Positions 9,606 to 18,923 of a DNA stretch of 64,000 nt are shown piece by piece (positions within the stretch are counted from its first letter, which is position 1; each line of letters starts with the position of its first letter). Source of the DNA: a virus; IMG/VR virus record IMGVR_UViG_3300008267_012518, one strand, 5' to 3'. The notes beneath the pieces were generated by a model that saw only the letters and a program-made list of their open reading frames with translations, was not told the origin of the DNA and made no database searches. Both the position numbers and the translations under genes were made by a program.

Positions 9606-9987
9606 AGAAAGATTTATTGCAGCTGCCAGAGAAATAAGAAAAAAATACAAACAGTTATCTGATGAACTAGATAATCATAAAGGCGATTTGAAAGAATTGA
9701 CCAATTATTTACAAAATAAAATTGATGAATTAAATTCTTTCAAAGTGGAACTAGCCAAAAAGAAGATAAAGACAAAGGAGGAGATTTTTGAAGTATCCAA
9801 GGAATTATTGAAAAAAATGTCCGAAATAGAAACCCAAGAAAAAAATCTGTCAAAAAAAATTGATGAGGTTGATACAAGAATGTCAAAACTTCGTGATGAA
9901 GAAACTACATTAATGGTGAAAATGAGAGAAAAGTATCCAGAAAAAACACCCGAAGAAATAAAAGATGAACTTCACTCTAGGATCTAA
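9598..9987 (+). CDS. Coiled-coil hypothetical protein (129 aa)
   Basis: K/E-rich heptad pattern; overlaps upstream stop. Confidence 0.8.
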   Translation: MIEERFIAAAREIRKKYKQLSDELDNHKGDLKELTNYLQNKIDELNSFKVELAKKKIKTKEEIFEVSKELLKKMSEIETQEKNLSKKIDEVDTRMSKLRDEETTLMVKMREKYPEKTPEEIKDELHSRI

Positions 9988-9989
9988 AC

Positions 9990-10018
9990 AAAAACCCTCA
10001 AATTGTTGAGGGTTTTTT
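9990..10018 (+). terminator. Intrinsic terminator
   Basis: aaaaaccctcaa-attg-ttgagggtttttt perfect stem with T tract. Confidence 0.85.
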
Positions 10019-10023
10019 AATTT

Positions 10024-10032
10024 TAATATATA
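10024..10032 (+). promoter_or_regulatory. Putative late promoter TAATATATA
   Basis: Immediately after terminator, 20 nt upstream of GTG 10053. Confidence 0.55.
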
Positions 10033-10052
10033 TTCAAAATCATTTTTTATAA

Positions 10053-12188
10053 GTGAGAGTTTCAAAATTTGTCAAAGCACACAAGGACATTTTAGTTGAG
10101 TATATCTATGACGATGGCAATAACATAAGTGAAGGCTACAAAGTTTTAGTAAATTCAAGAGAAAATACTTATTCTTTTGTATCTACAAAAACATCTGGTT
10201 CTAATAACACAGAATTGAACCAATTGTTTCCTTTGGATAGAGTTACAGACTACTATGGTATAGTCGATACAAAAAACTATAGTTTTCTACAATATAAAGA
10301 TTATTCGGCTGGTTTTCCAATAAGATTTGATACCATCAAAATACACCTACCAATAAATTATACTTTCGGTGAGTATTTGGGTTGTTATATTAGAGTTTAT
10401 ACTCTAGATACGGATAACAAAAAAGAATATAGTCTAAGTAATTTCTATTATGATCAAACAAATGTAGAACTATCTAAGATCATAAATTTTACAGCACCAC
10501 CACTCAGATTTCAAGAAAAACTTTGGGGTAAATCTTTAGATATAAATGTACCATCTGCTTATTTTGTCTCAAGACAGATCAGTGGAATAGCTCCAAAAAA
10601 CAACACAGTTAATGCAAATTTAACAAATGGTAAGGGTTTAAGTCAAACTGCTCCAATATTCATAGATTTTTCTTTTATAACTAAGAAAACAACGATTAAT
10701 TCTATAACATCATACTATCTGACAACTCCGAAAAAAATAAGTTTTGCACAAACGCCAGAATTCGAAAACTTAGGAGTTAAAATAGAAGAATCCGTGAATG
10801 GTGACTTTTTCGAGATATATGGGATATTTAATGGTTCGTTAGCAGATTTCAAGAAATTTATTGATGACTCTAGACTTCAAGGAAAAAGGTTTCATGTGGA
10901 ATTTGATATCACACTTTTCGAACAAAATATTAGAGGCAAATCTATCAATGTAACAGTAACATCAAATTTTAACGAAAAAGTAGAATATAGACCTATAATA
11001 AAATACACAACCACTACCGCTGTAATAGATGTCGAAATGAGATTAGTTGATACTGTAGACGATTCAATCATTTATAGGAGAGCATCTTACGGGATGTTAC
11101 AAGATGAGGTCAGTAAGTATAGTCTGAACATGACCAAAATCAACATTTCAAGGGCAAACAAACCAAAAATTTACGGTCTGAAGAATTTGACCACAAACTC
11201 TGGAGATATGAGTGGTCTTTTAGGGAATAGAATTTTTCTAGAACCAATTAGAGTTGACAGAACGGTTCTAGTGGATAAATTTAATCTAATAGCAAAGAGT
11301 GATAGTGTTAATGTAGGCAAGAATGTATTTTATGGTTTGGGTAAATTGAAAATTGTGTTACAACCATTTGATAACACATTATTGTTTATAATAGCACGAG
11401 ACATATCCACTGAGCAAACACCTGGTATAAATAATATTGGGGATCTAGCATTTGTTAAAGCTCCAGAATACTTGGATATGAGTAATATGGGGGAAATAAG
11501 TTTTATCATAAAAAATGACACACTCAAATTTGAAACTGGTTTGTATGAAACATCTGGTTCAATAGACTTGACAAGGGGACAATGTGTTTTCAGAATACCC
11601 GAATCAAAAATGAGGGACATAAAGAGTATATTTGAGAGTGGAAGAAATTTATTTTACATAACAAGTAAGTTGAATTCACAGACCGCTGTGATTTATTCAG
11701 GTTTATTCGATATATTTGATAGTCAATCTAATATTGATACAATAAATGCTGAACAAATTGATATTATTAGGAGTGTGGAGCAATCAGAGACACTTATAGA
11801 CACGTATAGTCAAAACACAGCAATAGTCTACAGAAGAAGGATTACCACACCTACAGCTACGGGCGCGACCTCTAGCTCCACTAACTCAGTTACAAACTCT
11901 TCACTACCAGCGACAACAAAACTAGAAGGAGTGACCTATACAATCAATCAAAATTCATCACTTTTAATCGATGGATATGAGTGGACCACACAACAAATTA
12001 AAACTGCACTCGCGCTAGATACAAATCCTATTGGACTATCATTCAGAACAGACAGTTTATTTTCATCAGACAAATTCTTGGATACTCTTTTGGCTCTATC
12101 AAAGAAATTACAAAATCTATTGACCACCACAGAAGAAAAAACGAAATACGAACAGACGCAACAAAATTTCAAAAATACTAATCCATAA
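10053..12188 (+). CDS. Hypothetical protein (711 aa), probably virion structural
   Basis: Beta-rich long ORF coupled to gp3-like gene; late-type motif upstream. Confidence 0.6.
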   Translation: MRVSKFVKAHKDILVEYIYDDGNNISEGYKVLVNSRENTYSFVSTKTSGSNNTELNQLFPLDRVTDYYGIVDTKNYSFLQYKDYSAGFPIRFDTIKIHLPINYTFGEYLGCYIRVYTLDTDNKKEYSLSNFYYDQTNVELSKIINFTAPPLRFQEKLWGKSLDINVPSAYFVSRQISGIAPKNNTVNANLTNGKGLSQTAPIFIDFSFITKKTTINSITSYYLTTPKKISFAQTPEFENLGVKIEESVNGDFFEIYGIFNGSLADFKKFIDDSRLQGKRFHVEFDITLFEQNIRGKSINVTVTSNFNEKVEYRPIIKYTTTTAVIDVEMRLVDTVDDSIIYRRASYGMLQDEVSKYSLNMTKINISRANKPKIYGLKNLTTNSGDMSGLLGNRIFLEPIRVDRTVLVDKFNLIAKSDSVNVGKNVFYGLGKLKIVLQPFDNTLLFIIARDISTEQTPGINNIGDLAFVKAPEYLDMSNMGEISFIIKNDTLKFETGLYETSGSIDLTRGQCVFRIPESKMRDIKSIFESGRNLFYITSKLNSQTAVIYSGLFDIFDSQSNIDTINAEQIDIIRSVEQSETLIDTYSQNTAIVYRRRITTPTATGATSSSTNSVTNSSLPATTKLEGVTYTINQNSSLLIDGYEWTTQQIKTALALDTNPIGLSFRTDSLFSSDKFLDTLLALSKKLQNLLTTTEEKTKYEQTQQNFKNTNP

Positions 12189-12787
12189 TGAGGTTATCAT
12201 CACAAAATTCACAATTCGTATTCAATTTACCATCTGATTTTTTACCTGGTGAAATTATTAGCACATATAAACCAATACTAGAAAAAAATTGGGTCCAATA
12301 TGAAAATGTAATTGATTATCTGAATTCTACGATCAAATCTGTGTCTTACCCAGGATTAAATATCACCACACCCGAACAAACCTTAATACGTGGTAAAAAA
12401 AGATCTTATAAACCAGCAACCAACGTTCAAGACATTTTAACATCTAGAGAAATAGACATAACCTTCCGTTCAGTAGACGCAGATTTAAACTATTGGATTT
12501 TATATGACATATTTATTAAACATTATTTAGATGTAATAAATCTTTATATAAATCCGTTTGTATTGACAGCGGTAGATATATGGAGAGATGCCATCTACAG
12601 AATAAAGTTTTATGAAATAATAGCGATGTCTTTGAGTGAAAATAAATTTGACTATAGTCAACAAAAAGTTAATGCAAAGGATTTCACTATAAAATTCAAA
12701 TTCAATTTTTCTGAGGTTGAATTCCTACTCAACAAATCCAAAGTTCTAGAACTCGGATCAGTTCCGAAGATTATCCAAAGGCTTTGA
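12188..12787 (+). CDS. Tail-tube-fold protein, T4 gp3-like tail completion/terminator
   Basis: TIKSVSYPGLNITTPEQT...IDITFRSVDADLNYWILY...FYEIIAMSLSENKFDYS...FTIKFKF resembles the gp3/gp19 pattern. Confidence 0.6.
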   Translation: MRLSSQNSQFVFNLPSDFLPGEIISTYKPILEKNWVQYENVIDYLNSTIKSVSYPGLNITTPEQTLIRGKKRSYKPATNVQDILTSREIDITFRSVDADLNYWILYDIFIKHYLDVINLYINPFVLTAVDIWRDAIYRIKFYEIIAMSLSENKFDYSQQKVNAKDFTIKFKFNFSEVEFLLNKSKVLELGSVPKIIQRL

Positions 12788-13228
12788 ACCAACCTTGTAT
12801 AACTGCACGTAATCACTACAAATTCCAAAACATTTACTGAAATCATCATCAAAAATTTCTGGTAGTACGGCAATACTATTGATAATTGGTTGTTTACCAG
12901 GGTATACCCACATAAATTTTCGAGAGGTTAGTGTTAGTGTGTCTTCTTGATGCCAGAAAAAGTTCAAATCAAAATTCAGAGACAACAAATGACTAACAAG
13001 TGGTGTATTTTTACAGTGTATCCACAAATTATTTTGTCTCTCTAAAATCCAATCTAAACTTATTGGTGTTTTAGGCTCATCATGACCCAAATAAAGAATA
13101 TCATCAACAATCCATAGATCTATTTCAACATCAAATCCTTGTGACAAGGCATCATCTATATAATCTTGTTGATTTTCTCTATCCGAGTTTCTTCCGTTAG
13201 TATTTCCCCTATGAGATATGTATTTCAT
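12758..13228 (-). CDS. Short GDPD/PLC-like phosphodiesterase
   Basis: ISHRGN, EN, GFDVEIDLW, LYLGHD, LWIHCKN, GICSD motifs. Confidence 0.8.
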   Translation of the reverse strand: MKYISHRGNTNGRNSDRENQQDYIDDALSQGFDVEIDLWIVDDILYLGHDEPKTPISLDWILERQNNLWIHCKNTPLVSHLLSLNFDLNFFWHQEDTLTLTSRKFMWVYPGKQPIINSIAVLPEIFDDDFSKCFGICSDYVQLYKVGSKPLDNLRN

Positions 13229-14457
13229 TAAAAAATTCTATAAGCTAAATCTTCATGAAAATTCTTTACACCCCATTTTTCGATTGCTGCCAAATACTCT
13301 TTTTCAGTAGTGTGTCCATCGATAGATTGTCTCATCGCTCTACCACCAGCTAGTGTGCCCATCGGGTGACCATGCATCGCACCACCAACATTAGCCATCC
13401 AATCATGTGATTTCAGATACTCATTGACGTACTGAACCAATCCTGGATGCATTCCACAACTCAAAGCTGGAACGACATTATACTTCCATAAAACCTCAAG
13501 GGCATCTTTGAGTTCGGTATCATCTTGGTTCATATATCCACCAATCATACCAGCGTGAATTGAATCAACACCGGACCATCCAGCAATCTTACAAAGTACA
13601 GGCCAGTAAATGTGATTTGGAGCACGTTTATCGGTGAAAAACTTATCACCACTTTTCTGAAAATGTATCCAAAGGTTTGGATTTTGTTTTCGAATTGCTC
13701 TAAATACCCCCAATCCACTCCAAACATTTATATGAATTCCGGTTCCACCTTCTTGAGCAACAAAATTAGCTCTTTCGAGAGCATATGGAGAATCACCATT
13801 TATACAAAAGGTATAAATTACATCAGGTGCATTTTTTTGTAACCAGTTAGAAATTAAAGGAACCCTTTGTTTTAAAGAACAGTGGTTTGGATCTCCAAGT
13901 AACTCATCTTCTTTGATAAAGTTGACACCACCATCTACCATCTCCTTGACAGCTTCTAACAGTATTGTTGGTGACATTCCAACCTTTGGTTTGATGATAC
14001 CACCGAAAAACGGTTTTTCATGTGTGTTGGAATATTTTCTAAAACCATCAATACCATACGCAGGTTTCAGTCTAAAACTGTTTTCAATATCTTTTGGTAA
14101 TTCAATATCCAAAACATGACATTGTTCGATTTCTAATATATCAACCTGACCACCAGCAATATGACATAAAATTTGTGAAATACCATCTTCCTCAAGATTG
14201 ATGTTTTCAAAAGGGAAAGCGATTTTTACTATTCCCTCATTCTTGGATTTTAGTACACTCTCATCCTCTAAAATAAAACAAGAATGATCCAAAAACATTT
14301 GGTCGGTCTCCCAAACACTTCTATTGTTTGGATTACCAATGCTTTGACCTATTGCCAAATTCCAAGCGGCATCTCTAAGTGAAGTTTTACCTTTGAGGAA
14401 GTATGTAACTATGAAGTATTTGTCGTAATCTATAATATCAGTAAATATATTGACCAT
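13228..14457 (-). CDS. RuBisCO-like protein (form IV RLP), non-carboxylating
   Basis: GGIIKPKVG, GGVNFIKEDE, IHFQKSG, DSIHAGMIGGY, PALSCGMHPG, GGAMHGHPMG: RuBisCO large-subunit fold with substitutions at the E60, N123, H294, R295 and K334 equivalents. Confidence 0.9.
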   Translation of the reverse strand: MVNIFTDIIDYDKYFIVTYFLKGKTSLRDAAWNLAIGQSIGNPNNRSVWETDQMFLDHSCFILEDESVLKSKNEGIVKIAFPFENINLEEDGISQILCHIAGGQVDILEIEQCHVLDIELPKDIENSFRLKPAYGIDGFRKYSNTHEKPFFGGIIKPKVGMSPTILLEAVKEMVDGGVNFIKEDELLGDPNHCSLKQRVPLISNWLQKNAPDVIYTFCINGDSPYALERANFVAQEGGTGIHINVWSGLGVFRAIRKQNPNLWIHFQKSGDKFFTDKRAPNHIYWPVLCKIAGWSGVDSIHAGMIGGYMNQDDTELKDALEVLWKYNVVPALSCGMHPGLVQYVNEYLKSHDWMANVGGAMHGHPMGTLAGGRAMRQSIDGHTTEKEYLAAIEKWGVKNFHEDLAYRIF

Positions 14458-14471
14458 TTATTTTTTTTATT

Positions 14472-14498
14472 TTTATATTAAAAACCTAGCATAAGTTT
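14472..14498 (-). promoter_or_regulatory. Putative phage-sigma promoter AAACTT-N15-TATAAA (RLP-GDPD)
   Basis: Reverse strand aaactt atgctaggtttttaa tataaa, 14 nt before ATG. Confidence 0.6.
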
Positions 14499-15609
14499 AA
14501 TCTCCATCACTGAGTGATATTTTTTTTGTTTTTGATAGGGCTGAACCAATTACTTGGTGCATGTCATAATATTTATATTCCGCTAATCTTCCACCAAAAA
14601 TAAATTTATTATCATCCATTGATAATTTTTTATATTGATCATAAATTTTATTATTTGTGTCATCATTGATCGGATAATAAGCTTCATTGTTTATCGAAAA
14701 GTCCTGTGGGTATTCTTTTGTAATTATGGTATAATTAGTATTTTTGAATTCGAAGTGTTTGTGTTCGATTATTCTAGTCCAAGGTATGTCTTTATCGGTG
14801 TAATTCACACCAGCCACTCCTTGATAGTTATCTACATCAACTAATTCGTTTACAAACTTGAGACTTCTATATTTTAACTTACCGTACCGGTATCCGTAAA
14901 ACTCATCTATCTTTCCAGTGAAAACTATTTTTTTAGCTATACCATTCCAATAATCTTTACTATTGAAATAGTCAACATTCAATTTAATCTCGATTCCATC
15001 TAATATGTTACTCACCATCTGTGTATATCCACCGATTGGAATTCCTTGGTACAGATCATTAAAATAATTATTATCGTAATTAAATCTGAGTGGTATTCTT
15101 TTTATAATAGATACAGGTAAATTTTTTGGATCCGTACCCCATTGTTTGTAGGTGTATCCGTATATGAGTTTTTCATAGATATCTTTACCAACATTACTTA
15201 GAGCAAACTCCTCAAGATTGTTACAAAATTCAAAATTTATTAAATCTTGATTGATCTTTTTTCTGGCCTCGTTTGGTGTAGTAACCCCCCAAAGACCCTT
15301 GAAAGTGTTCATATTGAAAGGTAGATTATAAAGTTGATCCCCATATCTTGCTAATGGTTCATACCGAAAATTATTGAAACTTATAAATCTGTTTACATAA
15401 TCCCAAATACCTTTGTCAGATGTGTGAAAGATATGTGGTCCGTATTTGTGAACATTTATACCATCCAAATTTTCAGTAAATACATTCCCCCCTATATGAT
15501 TTCTTTTGTCTATAATCAGACAACTTTTACCTCGATCTGTCATCTCTCGAGCAAATACAGCACCAAATAACCCACATCCAACGATCAGATAATCGTATTC
15601 ATATTTCAT
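14497..15609 (-). CDS. glf: UDP-galactopyranose mutase
   Basis: IVGCGLFG FAD motif, HIGGN, HKYGPHIFHT, YQGIPIGGYT, WTRIIEHKHF, GRLAEYKYYDMHQ. Confidence 0.95.
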   Translation of the reverse strand: MKYEYDYLIVGCGLFGAVFAREMTDRGKSCLIIDKRNHIGGNVFTENLDGINVHKYGPHIFHTSDKGIWDYVNRFISFNNFRYEPLARYGDQLYNLPFNMNTFKGLWGVTTPNEARKKINQDLINFEFCNNLEEFALSNVGKDIYEKLIYGYTYKQWGTDPKNLPVSIIKRIPLRFNYDNNYFNDLYQGIPIGGYTQMVSNILDGIEIKLNVDYFNSKDYWNGIAKKIVFTGKIDEFYGYRYGKLKYRSLKFVNELVDVDNYQGVAGVNYTDKDIPWTRIIEHKHFEFKNTNYTIITKEYPQDFSINNEAYYPINDDTNNKIYDQYKKLSMDDNKFIFGGRLAEYKYYDMHQVIGSALSKTKKISLSDGD

Positions 15610-15620
15610 ATATAAAAAAT

Positions 15621-16322
15621 TTAAAATGATTTGATGATATATGCTGTAGGTGCTATGAAATTCAAGTTCTTCACTTTAAGTCCCCTTTCTTTAAGAAATC
15701 TGTCGACACCAATAGACTCGCTCCACTTAGAGTGAGCATATTCATCAAATACTACTATACCACCAATTGAGACATAATCCCAAAGGTTTACTAAAGTGTT
15801 GTAAGTAGGAACTTCTAAATCGAGATCAATGTATAATATTGATATTTTCAAACCAGGATTATCATCAACATATTTTTTTGATGTTATAGATATATCACCT
15901 TTAACAAGTTCGAAATCTGTTTGTTTGAAACCGTGTCCTTTAAGGTTCTGTTCTAAGTATAATTTATAATCTGAATTATGCTCAAAATTTCTTCCTTGGA
16001 AAAGCGTATCCATGGTTTTACGTTGAACCTCATCATTTATTGTTGATAGAAGTTGAAATGTATCAAACATATCAAACCCAACAACTTTCTTTATGCTATT
16101 TGGATTTAACACTTCTTTCAATTTCAGAAAAGTGTAGAGTCCAGATCCCTTGAAAACTCCACATTCTAGTATGTCACCTGTAATATTTTTTACTTTATTA
16201 TAGATAAGTGTTCTGGCAACGAGTTTCTGAAATACTTTTCTATCATCACTAATTATAAAACCGTTAAAATCATCAAAAATTTTTTGGGTTGTTGAAATCA
16301 TCTCTATAGTTTTTATATCCAT
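15621..16322 (-). CDS. TylF/MycF-family sugar O-methyltransferase
   Basis: GDILECGVFKGSG, VVGFDMF, ISILYIDLDL, GGIVVFDEY. Confidence 0.85.
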   Translation of the reverse strand: MDIKTIEMISTTQKIFDDFNGFIISDDRKVFQKLVARTLIYNKVKNITGDILECGVFKGSGLYTFLKLKEVLNPNSIKKVVGFDMFDTFQLLSTINDEVQRKTMDTLFQGRNFEHNSDYKLYLEQNLKGHGFKQTDFELVKGDISITSKKYVDDNPGLKISILYIDLDLEVPTYNTLVNLWDYVSIGGIVVFDEYAHSKWSESIGVDRFLKERGLKVKNLNFIAPTAYIIKSF

Positions 16323-16328
16323 AAATTT

Positions 16329-16649
16329 TCAAATTATATATTTGTCACCGACAATCGAAGGTGATTTTATTACTAAAATATTACAATCGGTCAGAAATAT
16401 AGGATCAGCAATCTCATTTGGTCTTAATATAAAAATATCATCCTTTTTTAATTTACGACCTTGAATGATCATCTTTCCCTTTAGAATAAGGTTAATCTCC
16501 GTTGCTAATTTATGAAAATGGGTTGGCCATTTTTCGCCCTTTTTGTGTGTGAGGATCCCGACTTCAAAATCACCTTGTTTAAAACAAGAAGGTTCGAAGT
16601 CACCAATAAACCAACCTCTGTGAAAATTATTGAGTTTGAATGTTTCCAT
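16329..16649 (-). CDS. Cupin-fold protein
   Basis: GWFIGDF; HFH...TEINLILKG and FILRPNE cupin motifs. Confidence 0.75.
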   Translation of the reverse strand: METFKLNNFHRGWFIGDFEPSCFKQGDFEVGILTHKKGEKWPTHFHKLATEINLILKGKMIIQGRKLKKDDIFILRPNEIADPIFLTDCNILVIKSPSIVGDKYII

Positions 16650-17328
16650 TTTGTAGATATTTTTTTAAATCGTCTGGAGTACCAATAGGAAAGTGTTGAT
16701 TAAAAAGGTATATACCGATTTTTTGATTATTTTTGATTAGATAGTTATATGTTGGTGCAACATAATATTCACCATTTGTTTTGTCTTCATTTTTTACCAT
16801 TTGTTCATAAGATTCAAAAAAATCCGAGGCTTTATTCCAATAATGCAACCCGTTTGTGGCTAAATTAGATATTACTTGTTTTTCCTTCACATCTTTGACT
16901 AAATTATTTTCGTCAATTTGAACATAAGAATTTTTTTGGTGGTTGGATATAAAACATCCAAAACATCCATCAAATTGCCTAGCATATCTGATAAATAAAT
17001 CTAAATTCCAATCTTTTATTATTTGGTCACAGTTTGTTATGATTAATTCTGAATTAGGATCAATCGAATCTTTGGCTAAATAAGCTGTCGAAGCAGGTCC
17101 CTCTGTCGTATAATCGATTTCTATTACTTTCGATCCAAAAGATTGGAAACTATGTCCCTTTCTTCCAATGACTGTTATATCAATTTTTTGATCTACAAAA
17201 TTATTGATTACGTGCTCGATCATATTTCTACCATCCCAAGAAATCAAAGGTTTTGGCTCGATCCACTCAGAATTAATAAATCTAGTCCCCCTACCCGCAG
17301 CTAATATAATTAAATTTATTTTATCCAT
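16627..17328 (-). CDS. Sugar-phosphate nucleotidyltransferase (NTP_transferase family)
   Basis: ILAAGRGTRF, PKPLI, EGPA, ITNCDQ, NGEYYVAPTYN, IGTPDDL. Confidence 0.85.
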   Translation of the reverse strand: MDKINLIILAAGRGTRFINSEWIEPKPLISWDGRNMIEHVINNFVDQKIDITVIGRKGHSFQSFGSKVIEIDYTTEGPASTAYLAKDSIDPNSELIITNCDQIIKDWNLDLFIRYARQFDGCFGCFISNHQKNSYVQIDENNLVKDVKEKQVISNLATNGLHYWNKASDFFESYEQMVKNEDKTNGEYYVAPTYNYLIKNNQKIGIYLFNQHFPIGTPDDLKKYLQNGNIQTQ

Positions 17329-17331
17329 AGT

Positions 17332-18069
17332 TTATCTATAAACACCAATGTGAATTGAACAATGTTCGACTACCAAGTCATTAATTTTCTCTAGGTGAAC
17401 TTTTAAATTAGATTCATCATAACTAGCATATTGGTTGGTCTTAATAATTTCGGGATAATTATCATATACAAGACTATACTTTTTCATTGCTTCTGATGTT
17501 CCAATTGCAAATAAATTTGAACACCCATGCCCATCAGGCCAATCGTATCCTGGATTTACCAAAATTAGTTTGGGATTTTCGTCTATCCGCTTTTTTATAT
17601 TTTCCCAATCAACTATGGTTTTATCCCATTCAACGTCATGATCCATCCTATATTTGATTGCGTATTTATAAGATACATTATTTTCATTTTCATACTGTTC
17701 TTTGACCTCGAATGCTTTTTTTATAGAATAAAACTGTGACCACGATGACCAAACTTTGTTTATGGGATTTCTATATCCTGGTGAAACGCTAGTATTTTTA
17801 TAAAAGTCGGTTTTATCATAATCCTCAATTATGTATTTTTTAGGTTTATATAATTCAACGAATTGTGTCGCGTCATGAACTTTACTTTGCTTATTTTCCC
17901 AACCCATCTGGTCTCCCCAACTACTCAATAATTTATCATGTTGCCAAATATGACCAAATACGTCATATTCAAGCCCATTAAACAAATTTAAAAAATCCTC
18001 ATATCCCTTCTCGACACACCTTGGTTGTCCACTAAAACAAATTCCAAAATCCTTTATAATTTTTTCCAT
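17332..18069 (-). CDS. SGQxR-type putative glycosyltransferase-like protein
   Basis: ICFSGQPR, VFGHIW, SQFYSIK, IKYRMD; paralogous to 20309..20959. Confidence 0.55.
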   Translation of the reverse strand: MEKIIKDFGICFSGQPRCVEKGYEDFLNLFNGLEYDVFGHIWQHDKLLSSWGDQMGWENKQSKVHDATQFVELYKPKKYIIEDYDKTDFYKNTSVSPGYRNPINKVWSSWSQFYSIKKAFEVKEQYENENNVSYKYAIKYRMDHDVEWDKTIVDWENIKKRIDENPKLILVNPGYDWPDGHGCSNLFAIGTSEAMKKYSLVYDNYPEIIKTNQYASYDESNLKVHLEKINDLVVEHCSIHIGVYR

Positions 18070-18074
18070 TAAAT

Positions 18075-18101
18075 CTTATATGAAATATATCATTTGAGTT
18101 T
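18075..18101 (-). promoter_or_regulatory. Putative phage-sigma promoter AAACTC-N15-TATAAG
   Basis: Two mismatches to the consensus, 5 nt before ATG 18069. Confidence 0.4.
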
Positions 18102-18112
18102 TTAAATTTAAA

Positions 18113-18140
18113 AAACTTTTCTCTGATTTATATTTATAAT
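18113..18140 (+). promoter_or_regulatory. Putative phage-sigma promoter AAACTT-N16-TATAAT
   Basis: 13 nt before ATG 18154. Confidence 0.5.
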
Positions 18141-18153
18141 AAATAAAATTATT

Positions 18154-18876
18154 ATGAATTACAATCCAACCCAAAAATATAACTTCAAATTTGAAGTGGA
18201 TCAATTTGGTTTTAATCATTTGGATAAAGATTTTTTTGATCGTGATGAGATTATTCTTATTGAAAAATTCGAAAAATTATGCCAAATAATAAAAATCTAT
18301 GATCAAAAAAAATACAAAATGATTGAATTGGGATGCAATCAATGTTTCTATTCTTTATTCTTTAAATTTATATTAGGTATTAACAATACAAACACTGTTC
18401 TCGTAGAACCATATAAACCTTTCCTAGAGAGGGGTAAGAGAAATTTTCATATCAACGGTCTTGATTGTGAAATAATAAACAAGTGTGTTGGAAGGAAGAA
18501 ATGGCTGGGTACAAGTTCACCAGATTATGAATTCGATGTTGAACTTACTACTTTAAATGAATTGATGTGTGGTGATACTTTCGATATACTCCATTCAGAT
18601 ATTGATGGTAATGAATTATATATGTTACTAGAAAACAAAGATATATTCCAAGAAAAAAAAATAAAAAATATATTTCTTTTGACCCACGGTGGTAGTGTTC
18701 ACTTCAATGAAATGCTTGAAAATGACAGACCAGATACAACACATTATAAATGCAAAGAATTTTTTACAAACACTGAGTATAAATTAATATATGAGTGTGA
18801 AGAGTGGGAAGTTGGTGGTGATTCATTATTGATTTATTCGATCGATGAAAACGTTATATCAAGTTTTCAGAATTGA
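18154..18876 (+). CDS. FkbM-like SAM-dependent methyltransferase
   Basis: MIELGCNQCFYS, VLVEPY, FDILHSDIDGNE, IFLLTH. Confidence 0.7.
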   Translation: MNYNPTQKYNFKFEVDQFGFNHLDKDFFDRDEIILIEKFEKLCQIIKIYDQKKYKMIELGCNQCFYSLFFKFILGINNTNTVLVEPYKPFLERGKRNFHINGLDCEIINKCVGRKKWLGTSSPDYEFDVELTTLNELMCGDTFDILHSDIDGNELYMLLENKDIFQEKKIKNIFLLTHGGSVHFNEMLENDRPDTTHYKCKEFFTNTEYKLIYECEEWEVGGDSLLIYSIDENVISSFQN

Positions 18877-18879
18877 TTT

Positions 18880-18913
18880 ATAGAAAATATGACTACGTAG
18901 TCATATTTTCTAT
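18880..18913. terminator. Perfect 34-bp palindrome between convergent genes (probable bidirectional terminator)
   Basis: atagaaaatatgactac|gtagtcatattttctat. Confidence 0.6.
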
Positions 18914-18923
18914 GGAATTAATA

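Noticed and set aside
12758-12787. Convergent gene overlaps (also 53585-53588) as an antisense regulatory system
   Set aside because: Short 3' overlaps are common in compact phage genomes, and nothing further supports a regulatory role
13228-14457. Carbon-fixing RuBisCO as an auxiliary metabolic gene
   Set aside because: Residues needed for carboxylation (loop-6 Lys, H294, R295, N123, E60 equivalents) are substituted, and no PRK or small subunit is in the window
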